From a virus: 43,392 nucleotides of DNA. A program made the translations under genes and the position numbers. The stretch is from IMG/VR virus record IMGVR_UViG_3300045988_088117, positions 1 to 43,392 of that record, one strand, 5' to 3'. Each line of letters opens with the position of its first letter. The first letter of the stretch is position 1. The notes beneath the pieces are model-generated. The model made no database searches, was not told the origin of the DNA, and saw nothing but the letters and a program-made list of their open reading frames with translations. Below are positions 1 to 6,610 of the stretch, piece by piece.

Positions 1-119
1 GATTGGCCTGCACCGTCTGCATCGCCTCGCGCACGTCGTTTCCTTCCCACTCGATGATGGTCTTGCGCATGTCGGCCACATCGTTTGGGTTTACGCCGCT
101 CCCTTTGCGGATAAAGTGA
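1..119. repeat. Terminal direct repeat, copy 1 (identical to 43274..43392); circular-assembly overlap
   Basis: gattggcctgcaccgtctgc...gcggataaagtga occurs at both window ends, compared by eye. Both copies lie inside the portal coding frame. Confidence 0.95.
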
Positions 120-1117
120 CGCTGTACGCTGCTTTCGCGGGCGTTGTCGTCGATATATTTAATCAGTCGGTCAATGGCCGTCTGCGTATCCCTGTAATCG
201 TGCACCAGCCCCGTGCCGAACGGCTTGCGCCACACTGTCCGGTATTTGTAAAGCACAAACGGGTATTCTCCGTGCGCATATACGCCGTCCGGATAGTCGT
301 TCTCCTTGGCGCCGCCATATGCAAGCTCTGTGCTGTACAACAGCGCTCCGCCCGCCAGCTGAGCCATATGCACCCTGTTTCTCCGCGTCTGCGCGTCGTA
401 TCGGCGATACCAGAACTCGATGAGCGTTGTCTTTTCGTCGCCGTCCGTGATGTGCTGCGCGTCGATCTCCTGCGCATCCTCTGCGTGATCTCCATGCACA
501 TACCCTCGCGCATGCGGGTAATGTTCTTCCACCCATGCTACGCTGGTATGGGTCACCTTGAAGCACGCGCGCCCATCCTGAATGTTTTCCTGCGTCGGAT
601 CGGGGTAAAAGTCTTCCGGGTGCCACGCCTGCACGGAAACCATGCCGTTTCCGTCGTCCGCGTCGTCGTCCCAGAACACCTGCGCAATGCCCGTTCCCGT
701 CACCGCTGCATCCTCCATGATGATCTGGTACACGTCCGGCCACGCAGACTGATAGAGTACAAAGCTCACCACGTCGCTCATTTCGTCGGCGCTGTTAGCC
801 GTGGCTTCTCGTTCCGGCAGCATCAGCGCTTCCGGCATGTTGTCGATCTGATCGGCGATCACGTTGTCGATACACGAGTTCAGCGCATTGCTCGGCGGCG
901 CGGTCATGCTCCGCTCTCTCTGGCTGAGCTGGCGCATTTCCCGTGCATCCCGCATTTCGTCATGCGCTTCCCGCAGCTCGTTGACAAACTCTCTGAACAG
1001 CGAGTAGGCGCGCCTGGTAAGCGCCTTCTGCTGCTCTGTGAGCGGCTGATCGCCTGCCGCAAGCCTCTGCTCCATGCGGATATCTCCCGGCGGAGAATCC
1101 CTCTTCCTTTTCCACAT
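1..1117 (-). CDS. Portal protein, N-terminal part (gene wraps the window junction and continues at 43273 down to 42552; about 612 aa in total)
   Basis: ATG at 1117 sits just after an AAGGAGGA RBS, downstream of the terL stop. My hand translation (MWKRKRDSPPGDIRMEQRL...HFIRKGSGVNPNDVADMRKTIIEWEGNDVREAMQ) stays open to position 1. It joins in frame to the listed ORF 42552..43352. It is missing from the ORF track because it has no stop inside the window. Confidence 0.85.
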   Translation of the reverse strand, partial: MWKRKRDSPPGDIRMEQRLAAGDQPLTEQQKALTRRAYSLFREFVNELREAHDEMRDAREMRQLSQRERSMTAPPSNALNSCIDNVIADQIDNMPEALMLPEREATANSADEMSDVVSFVLYQSAWPDVYQIIMEDAAVTGTGIAQVFWDDDADDGNGMVSVQAWHPEDFYPDPTQENIQDGRACFKVTHTSVAWVEEHYPHARGYVHGDHAEDAQEIDAQHITDGDEKTTLIEFWYRRYDAQTRRNRVHMAQLAGGALLYSTELAYGGAKENDYPDGVYAHGEYPFVLYKYRTVWRKPFGTGLVHDYRDTQTAIDRLIKYIDDNARESSVQRHFIRKGSGVNPNDVADMRKTIIEWEGNDVREAMQTVQAN

Positions 1118-1130
1118 GTTTCCTCCTTCA

Positions 1131-2537
1131 TCAGTCAAGCGGATTCCATGCCGGTTTCTGTTTGGCCGGAACAATGAGCTTTGGCGCAAGCGGACGGCTC
1201 ATCAGGAAATACCGCGTTTCGTCGTAGATATGGTCTTCGCCCGCCGTGTCGATATCCTCAACCTTATGGTCGTCGTAACACAGCGTCGGAATCGTGCGAA
1301 TGAAATCTTTGCAAGTGTTGAATACATACATCATCGGCCTGCCGTCTTCGCCAAAACGAAACCGTTCATGCAGCTGCATCTTGCCCGCCATGCGCGTGTT
1401 GTCGCCCTTGCGGAAGATCACGCCGGAAAACGTCCGCCGCATCAGTTCCTCCACGCTCTGTCCCCGGCTCTCATCCCAGATCGCCGGATCCGCAATGCCC
1501 GTGATGTGAATGCCTTCTCTGAACTCCGGTTCAAGCCACTCTGCCATACGGTTTGCAATCTCTGTCGGGGAAATCATCAGGCCGACGTTTGCCTCGCCCG
1601 GCTTGCATCCGTACAGCTCCTTGTAGCGATACACCCGCCCATCCGGGTCAACCGCCCATGCGCCCAGCGAAAACGGCCTTGAAAAGCCGTGGTCAAAGCT
1701 GACGTACCGCGTCCAGTTAAGCGGAATGTCAAACGGCTCGATGACGTGCGTATGCACACCGTCCATGTAGTGCGCCGGGTCGTTGGTGAACTCCGGGAAC
1801 GCCTGTCCCTCGAAAGCTTCCCACTTGCCATAAAGGAGCGCATCGCGCAGTTTGGCGGGCTTGTTTTGCAGCTCAACGATATACATCTCATCGATATGCG
1901 GGTTGTCATACACAGTCGCCGGAATATATTCGCAAATCGATTTCTTGGTTTTCATCTTGCCGTCTTTGCCCATGATTTCCGTGTCTTTGACAACTGTGTG
2001 CTGTCCAACGTCCGTTGAGTCAACAAACCGCGCTTTTACCCAGCCGTGTCCCGGCCCGCCGGGGTTGCTGGCGCACCGCACGCAGGGCTTCACCTTTAAA
2101 TTTACGGGCGCGCGCACGCGCGTCTTGATGTAGTTGTACATGCCTTCGGAAAAATGCGTCAGCTCGTCGAAGTACAACCACTGAATCTGTGAGCCTTGAT
2201 ACTTGAGCGTGTCGCCCTCGTCGCTCAGATGGCAAAACCGCGCCACGCTTCCGTTGACAAACTGAATCTCATGATTGCCTGCGTAGTACTTGCCCAGCTC
2301 TTCCGGCACAATCGACCGCATGGTTTTGATGAGCGTCTGCTCCAATTCCGGGAAAGTGCGTCTGAACAGATATGCGCTCGTACCCGGATATTTCAGGCAG
2401 CGAATGAACGCGTCCCAGCAGATGGCGTAGCTCTTGCCGCCGCCCGCCGCGCCTCCATACAGAACCTCGTTGCTTCTGCTCGCGTGAAACGCTTTCTGTT
2501 TGGGCGTGGGCCGATAGTCAAACACAATCTGGCTCAT
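1131..2537 (-). CDS. terL: Terminase large subunit
   Basis: 468 aa. Walker A GGAAGGGKS and Walker B-like LYFDELTHF are present. A C-terminal nuclease-like region contains GEDHIYDETRY. The start overlaps the terS stop. Confidence 0.9.
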   Translation of the reverse strand: MSQIVFDYRPTPKQKAFHASRSNEVLYGGAAGGGKSYAICWDAFIRCLKYPGTSAYLFRRTFPELEQTLIKTMRSIVPEELGKYYAGNHEIQFVNGSVARFCHLSDEGDTLKYQGSQIQWLYFDELTHFSEGMYNYIKTRVRAPVNLKVKPCVRCASNPGGPGHGWVKARFVDSTDVGQHTVVKDTEIMGKDGKMKTKKSICEYIPATVYDNPHIDEMYIVELQNKPAKLRDALLYGKWEAFEGQAFPEFTNDPAHYMDGVHTHVIEPFDIPLNWTRYVSFDHGFSRPFSLGAWAVDPDGRVYRYKELYGCKPGEANVGLMISPTEIANRMAEWLEPEFREGIHITGIADPAIWDESRGQSVEELMRRTFSGVIFRKGDNTRMAGKMQLHERFRFGEDGRPMMYVFNTCKDFIRTIPTLCYDDHKVEDIDTAGEDHIYDETRYFLMSRPLAPKLIVPAKQKPAWNPLD

Positions 2538-2971
2538 TCATCCTTGTCCTCTGGCATGTTCACTTCAAACCCGCCGCCCGCAAACGAAATGCTGATATCC
2601 TGCTTGTCCTCCTTCGGCGCTTTGATTCCCGCCCGGTCAAGCACATCCCGGCTCGCGTTCTGCCACAGGTACTGATACGCAGGTTCGTATTCCGTGTTGA
2701 GAATGTCTTCGTTGCGATCCAGTGCCTTTTCCGCCTGTTCAAGGATTCTTAGTTGAGCCGTGGCAAGCCGCGCCTCCCGCAGCTCCTTCATCCTGTCTGC
2801 AAACTCTGCCCTGTGCAGCGCGTTGTAAATCGCTGTTCGGCTGACGCCGTACGCTTCCGCAAGCTCCGTGACCGATTCGCCTTCATCCACATAGCGTCGC
2901 ACGACCTCGATGCACTGCTCGTCTGTGATCTTCTGACAATTCGGCGGCGTTCTCGCCTTTTTCTTAGCCAT
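2534..2971 (-). CDS. terS: Terminase small subunit (HTH-containing)
   Basis: 145 aa with an N-terminal HTH (SVTELAEAYGVSRTAIYNAL). It lies immediately upstream of terL and overlaps it. RBS is AAAGGAGG. Confidence 0.6.
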   Translation of the reverse strand: MAKKKARTPPNCQKITDEQCIEVVRRYVDEGESVTELAEAYGVSRTAIYNALHRAEFADRMKELREARLATAQLRILEQAEKALDRNEDILNTEYEPAYQYLWQNASRDVLDRAGIKAPKEDKQDISISFAGGGFEVNMPEDKDE

Positions 2972-3010
2972 TCCAAAGCCTCCTTTTTTCTACCGTTCCC
3001 TTGGATATAA

Positions 3011-3046
3011 AAAAATTCTGAAACATTGCTCTGTCTCAGAATTTTT
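3011..3046. terminator. A/T-flanked hairpin upstream of terS (bidirectional terminator-like)
   Basis: aaaaattctga...tcagaattttt forms an imperfect stem of about 11 bp, flanked by A and T runs, about 40 nt upstream of the terS start. Confidence 0.4.
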
Positions 3047-3278
3047 TTCAGATGTTTTTGATTCGTTTCTGATTCTGCTTTCTGGTTTGCCCCGGTGGGG
3101 ACACGCCCGCAGGGCGGGGAGGCATATGAAATCGCGTAAAGCCCCGCGCGCAGGTGGTCAATTCGGGGTAGGGGGTGGCCTTTTCCGAAATCTGGTTTCA
3201 AAATCCGATCCCCTCACGTGCGCACGCAAACGCAGAGAGGAAAACACCCCTCGCCGCCCCATTGTGGGCTACAATCCC

Positions 3279-3553
3279 GCAATCTCTCGGCCTGCAATCT
3301 CAACAATATATAGGTTTCGCGGCTCTATTGCGCTCTCCGCGTCATAATCTGCGGCATAATCTCCCGCAATGCGTCCCGCGTCTCAGTGCTCAGCCTCATT
3401 ATATGCGCGTCCCGCGTCAGCATGCGCGCCCCGCGTCGCCGTAGGTGCGCAGCGTGTGCGCCCCCCAGCCCCCGCGCAGATCGCCGAGCGGTGAAGCCTC
3501 CGCGCGTCGCGTCGTCCTCCTGCCTGCTGGTCTCCGCCTGAGCGCGTCGCGTG
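3279..3553. repeat. Cluster of short direct repeats in an ORF-free GC-rich region (candidate pac/cos or ori)
   Basis: GCAATCTC occurs at 3279 and 3294. CATAATCT occurs at 3343 and 3355. GCGTCCCGCGTC occurs exactly at 3371 and 3407, with variants at 3426, 3501 and 3542. Confidence 0.5.
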
Positions 3554-3835
3554 TCGCCGTCTTGCCCAAAAATCGTCGGAATAATAGGAAGCGACCGCAC
3601 AGCGTCCCGCCGTACAGCCGCCCAGGGGTCAAACGTCCGTATAATCGCCCGTCGGACGCGGGCGACGAAGTCCGCGACCTCGTCCCCGTCGTCGAGGACG
3701 ATTATACAATATCATATTGTCAAGCATGCCACAAGGTGTCACACCCTGACAGACCCTGACAGACTTGCGCAAGGGGAGCAGATCGAAGCGAACAAAAAGC
3801 CCCAGCGAGCGTCTGCCCGTCGGGGTTGTCTCATC

Positions 3836-4063
3836 TTATGGGGTTGCGTCTCCGGCAGTTGTGGCCGCTGGAGGCGTGAAACCGTCGCGCTGCATGCGGT
3901 CAAAGCAAGCTTGTATGACGTACGCTTGCACGGATTGCCCAGCAGCAGCGGCAGCCGTGCGAATCGCGCCGCCCTTGTCCTTGGGTGGGCGAATCATGAT
4001 GTTATCCTGCCCTTGCTGGTACTTGCGAACAGCTCTTTTTTGAGCGTCTGTGGCTCTGCCCAT
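3836..4063 (-). CDS. Small ribbon-helix-helix (Arc/CopG-like) regulator
   Basis: Translates as MGRATDAQKRAVRKYQQGQDNIMIRPPKDKGGAIRTAAAAAGQSVQAYVIQACFDRM. This shows the RHH pattern of a basic N-terminus, a beta-strand and two helices. RBS is GGAGGTG. It is divergent from the plus-strand operon. Confidence 0.55.
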   Translation of the reverse strand: MGRATDAQKRAVRKYQQGQDNIMIRPPKDKGGAIRTAAAAAGQSVQAYVIQACFDRMQRDGFTPPAATTAGDATP

Positions 4064-4083
4064 GTCATCACCTCCACGCGGAC

Positions 4084-4112
4084 ATAATACCACAACGGCA
4101 AATCTATGTCAA
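4084..4112 (-). promoter_or_regulatory. Sigma70-type promoter of the RHH gene
   Basis: On the minus strand: TTGACA (4112..4107), 17 nt spacer, TATTAT (4089..4084). Confidence 0.6.
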
Positions 4113-4202
4113 CTCATGCAATATGCACAAAAAGCAGCAGTATATGTTAACTCATATTTGTTTAATATTCCGGTATTGCCTTTTTATGTGAGTTAACATA
4201 TA
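4105..4202. promoter_or_regulatory. Three operator-like sites TATGT(T/C)AACTCA
   Basis: Copies are at 4105-4118 (direct), 4141-4157 (direct) and 4186-4202 (inverted, 16/17 identical to the second). The outer sites overlap the -35 of the leftward promoter and the -10 of the rightward promoter. Confidence 0.6.
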
Positions 4203-4204
4203 CT
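4176..4204 (+). promoter_or_regulatory. Sigma70-type promoter of the plus-strand accessory operon
   Basis: TTGCCT (4176-4181), 17 nt spacer, TATACT (4199-4204). Confidence 0.6.
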
Positions 4205-4282
4205 ATGACCATCACGAGGGGCAAGCGCCCTGGACACCACACAACAGACCGCCGCCGACAGGCGGCAGAAAGGAACGATATT

Positions 4283-4495
4283 ATGACTACTACTACCACC
4301 ACCCGCAAGCCCGCCAACCTCAACCGCATCATCAAGAGCGTAGAGAGCCGCGGCGAATACATGACCCGCCGCTACTACTACACCAACCGCGACATGTGCG
4401 ACCGCCGGGAGATTGTCCGCATCGAGCGCGACGCCCTCGGCACCACCCGCACGCTTGACCGTGACAGCTGGCAGATCGTCGCCGTCATCCGGTAA
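4283..4495 (+). CDS. Hypothetical small protein (70 aa)
   Basis: ATG at 4283 follows a GAAAGGA RBS. The listed start at 4205 lies upstream of the predicted transcription start site. No recognisable domain. Confidence 0.55.
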   Translation: MTTTTTTRKPANLNRIIKSVESRGEYMTRRYYYTNRDMCDRREIVRIERDALGTTRTLDRDSWQIVAVIR

Positions 4496-4605
4496 CGAGC
4501 CGAAACGCCCTTCCGGGCGTCCGCATGGGATTGCCTCCATGCGCTGATGATGGCAGGCTAAGACAACCGCGACAGCCTCCCAACCGAGGGGAAAGGAAAA
4601 TAACT

Positions 4606-5004
4606 ATGAAGACTTATGATAGCATCCGCGAAGAAATAAAAACCCGCAAAGGCCGTAGCGCGTGGGATCGCGGCGTGACGAAGTACGCGCTTGAGCTGGT
4701 GGATCAGCTGGAGACTTACGCCTCTTATGAGGGGCGCGATCCGCAGACGATGGGCGAATGCCGGGCGTGGATGCTCAACGGCGCGAAAGACTGGGCGGCG
4801 TACAGCTGGGGCGGCTCATCCTTGATCTATAACAAGGACATCGCCGCGCGTCTCTGCTCCCCGTCCGAGCTTGCGAAGACCCGCAACGGCGAACGCAGAC
4901 CAAACAGCCGCGAAGAGTGGCTTAACGTACAAGCCCGTGCGCTCTATCAGGCTTGCGACCGCGTGACCCGTATATATGCGCAGGCGCAGACCGCAGAGGC
5001 GTGA
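4606..5004 (+). CDS. Hypothetical protein (132 aa), accessory island
   Basis: ATG at 4606 follows GGGGAAAGGAAA. Composition is protein-like (MKTYDSIREEIKTRKGRSAWDRGV...). Function unknown. Confidence 0.7.
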   Translation: MKTYDSIREEIKTRKGRSAWDRGVTKYALELVDQLETYASYEGRDPQTMGECRAWMLNGAKDWAAYSWGGSSLIYNKDIAARLCSPSELAKTRNGERRPNSREEWLNVQARALYQACDRVTRIYAQAQTAEA

Positions 5005-5088
5005 ACCGCGCCCGAGGTTTTCAGAGCGCCCGACCTGCGGACGCTCTACAAAGCCCCGGAAAGAGGCTAAAATAAGGAGGATAAAACC

Positions 5089-5313
5089 ATGAAAGATTAT
5101 TACAAAATCCCCGTGCACGTCAAAGGCTGCCGCACCGAGTACGGAAGCGGAAAGCATCGTTTAATCATTGACGCTTGCCAGCTCTCGCCCGATCTCTACG
5201 AGGTCATCGCCATGAGGCCAACCGGGGCAGAAATCGAGCTGAACCGTTTCGCGACCGAAGCCGAAGCGCGCGCCGATTATGCGCGCATGGTTGAGCAATA
5301 CAGATCTTGGTGA
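5089..5313 (+). CDS. Hypothetical small protein (74 aa)
   Basis: Strong RBS TAAGGAGGA lies 7 nt upstream of the ATG. Confidence 0.7.
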   Translation: MKDYYKIPVHVKGCRTEYGSGKHRLIIDACQLSPDLYEVIAMRPTGAEIELNRFATEAEARADYARMVEQYRSW

Positions 5314-5386
5314 GGTTTTCCACCCTGCCCGGCTCAGGCTGGACAGGGAAGAAAGCCCCGGCAACGGGTAAGCAAGGAGGCAAAAA

Positions 5387-5485
5387 ATGTTTTGGTTTCT
5401 CTTTTCCGTGATCGCCGCCTGTGATTATATGCGCGATGTTCGCGGCTCGGTGGAAACGCTTTTGCTCTACGCCAATCAACATTGA
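5387..5485 (+). CDS. Possible 32-aa hydrophobic peptide (MFWFLFSVIAACDYMRDVRGSVETLLLYANQH)
   Basis: AAGGAGG RBS lies 6 nt upstream of the ATG. The ORF is below the ORF-track size cutoff, and its N-terminus is hydrophobic. Confidence 0.35.
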   Translation: MFWFLFSVIAACDYMRDVRGSVETLLLYANQH

Positions 5486-5487
5486 TG

Positions 5488-5516
5488 TTGTTATCCCGTT
5501 GGGATGATGATATAAT
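5488..5516 (+). promoter_or_regulatory. Extended -10 sigma70 promoter
   Basis: TTGTTA (5488-5493), 17 nt spacer, TGaTATAAT (-10 at 5511-5516), upstream of the gene at 5557. Confidence 0.6.
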
Positions 5517-5556
5517 ACTTGTATAGCCCCCCAGCAGGGGCGGAAAGGACAAAACC

Positions 5557-5838
5557 ATGAAGAAGCTTAGAATGAAAGATGTCATCACCCGCGAAGGGTA
5601 TGAGTGCCTGACCGCCGAGGAGCGCCATGCGCAGCTCAAGGTTGAGCAAGCCAAGGAGATCAGCGGCCTGCGTCGCTACCCCAGCACTTGCAGCGCCGTG
5701 CTCGACCGCATCCCTGCCGAGTGGTGGAGCAAGTACAGCGCCGAGCACATCGGCGAGGTGATGCAGCTGCTCAAGGCCGCCTATGATGACGGGCGGCAGT
5801 ACCCGGATCGCGACGAGTGGCAGCGGCGCGAGGATTAA
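5557..5838 (+). CDS. Hypothetical small protein (93 aa)
   Basis: RBS is GGAAAGGA. Composition is protein-like. Confidence 0.7.
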   Translation: MKKLRMKDVITREGYECLTAEERHAQLKVEQAKEISGLRRYPSTCSAVLDRIPAEWWSKYSAEHIGEVMQLLKAAYDDGRQYPDRDEWQRRED

Positions 5839-5943
5839 AAAAATAAAAGCAGGAGATTTCTCTCCTGCTTCCCCTTTGTTTAGTAGCTTTGCTATTAAAC
5901 AGGCTAATATTTCAACCCCACACGGAAGCGTTGCTTCCGAGAC
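5838..5943 (-). ncRNA. Unit A: predicted ~105-nt RNA starting with a CRISPR-repeat-like element, then a second hairpin and a terminator
   Basis: Minus-strand repeat at 5943..5909 is GTCTCGGAAGCAACGCTTCCGTGTGGGGTTGAAAT. A second hairpin lies at 5878-5900. The terminator stem GCAGGAGA/TCTCCTGC (5849-5868) is followed by a T-run on the minus strand. Confidence 0.55.
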
Positions 5944-5949
5944 GACTGT

Positions 5950-5979
5950 ATTATACAGTAATCAATGCGGATTTGTCAA
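5950..5979 (-). promoter_or_regulatory. Consensus promoter of unit A
   Basis: On the minus strand: TTGACA (5979..5974), 18 nt spacer, TATAAT (5955..5950). The repeat starts 6 nt after the -10. Confidence 0.7.
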
Positions 5980-5992
5980 GGAGAAAAAAACC

Positions 5993-6361
5993 ATGAAGTA
6001 CTACATAGAGATCACCGTGCGCCGTGAAGACCCCCTGACGCACTACACAAGCGAGGATTTTATCGACCTCAGTTGCCCATGGGTGGATATCGACCCCGCG
6101 CTCATGTCTGACGATTGGGCGAAAGCCCGCCTCATCAGCGAGTATTGGTCAGACTTTGACCCTGCAACACCCGCCCCGCGTATGTGGTGGGAAACCGACA
6201 GCGGGCGCAGCGAGAACAACGATTATTATACATTGGTCGTATATACGGCTACTGATGACGGCGAGCCGGATTTTGACAACATGGTTGCAGGCGCGTCTAT
6301 GGATGCTTGGGGCATCTGGGAAGAAAAAAAGAAAGCGCCAACAAATAAAATCTCCGAATAA
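5993..6361 (+). CDS. Hypothetical acidic protein (122 aa)
   Basis: ATG at 5993 follows AAGGAGAAA. The gene is flanked by ncRNA units A and B. Confidence 0.7.
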   Translation: MKYYIEITVRREDPLTHYTSEDFIDLSCPWVDIDPALMSDDWAKARLISEYWSDFDPATPAPRMWWETDSGRSENNDYYTLVVYTATDDGEPDFDNMVAGASMDAWGIWEEKKKAPTNKISE

Positions 6362-6463
6362 AAAAAGAGCGGGAGAAAAATTCTCTCGCTCTTTTTTGCT
6401 CACTAGCAAAGCTATCGAACAATACAATATTTCAATCCCACACGGAAGCATTGCTTCCGAGAC
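6360..6463 (-). ncRNA. Unit B: predicted ~104-nt RNA starting with a CRISPR-repeat-like element
   Basis: Minus-strand repeat at 6463..6429 is GTCTCGGAAGCAATGCTTCCGTGTGGGATTGAAAT. The terminator hairpin at 6366-6392 has A/T runs on both sides. Confidence 0.55.
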
Positions 6464-6469
6464 AGTTTG

Positions 6470-6498
6470 ATTATACACCATCTGTATACGGCTGTCAA
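6470..6498 (-). promoter_or_regulatory. Consensus promoter of unit B
   Basis: On the minus strand: TTGACA (6498..6493), 17 nt spacer, TATAAT (6475..6470). The repeat starts 6 nt after the -10. Confidence 0.75.
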
Positions 6499-6499
6499 C

Positions 6500-6604
6500 A
6501 AAAAAACGAGAGGAAAATTTTCCCCTCGTTTTTTGTCTTCCGACGGATGTCGGTTGAACAATTTAATGTTTCAATCCCTCATGGAGGTTAGTTTCCTCCA
6601 AGAC
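6500..6604 (-). ncRNA. Unit C: predicted ~105-nt RNA with a divergent CRISPR-repeat-like element
   Basis: Minus-strand repeat at 6604..6568 is GTCTTGGAGGAAACTAACCTCCATGAGGGATTGAAAC. A second hairpin CCGAC/GTCGG lies at 6540-6553. The terminator hairpin at 6506-6529 is followed by a T-run. Confidence 0.55.
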
Positions 6605-6610
6605 ATCTTC

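Noticed and set aside
116-1177. 353-aa plus-strand ORF at the left end
   Set aside because: Arg/His/Val-rich and low in complexity. It lies exactly antisense to a much better portal frame that joins in frame to the right-end ORF. It is a shadow ORF typical of GC-rich coding DNA.
3325-3600. 91-aa minus-strand ORF in the region upstream of terS
   Set aside because: It is Arg/Ala/Gly-rich with no RBS. It overlaps the short-repeat cluster and looks like a chance open frame in GC-rich DNA.
3701-3727. Apparent consensus TTGACA and TATAAT hexamers on the minus strand
   Set aside because: The spacer is only 11 nt, so this is not a functional sigma70 promoter geometry. The sequence is better described as part of a palindrome.
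4205-4282. The listed start (ATG 4205) for the first cargo ORF
   Set aside because: That ATG lies 1 nt after the -10 hexamer, upstream of the predicted transcription start site, and has no RBS. The internal ATG at 4283 has a GAAAGGA RBS.
5909-6604. Calling the three repeat-like elements a CRISPR array
   Set aside because: The spacing is 520 bp and 139 bp rather than uniform spacers of about 30-40 nt. One interval contains a protein gene on the other strand. Each element has its own consensus promoter and terminator. They were kept as solitary repeat-like RNA units instead.
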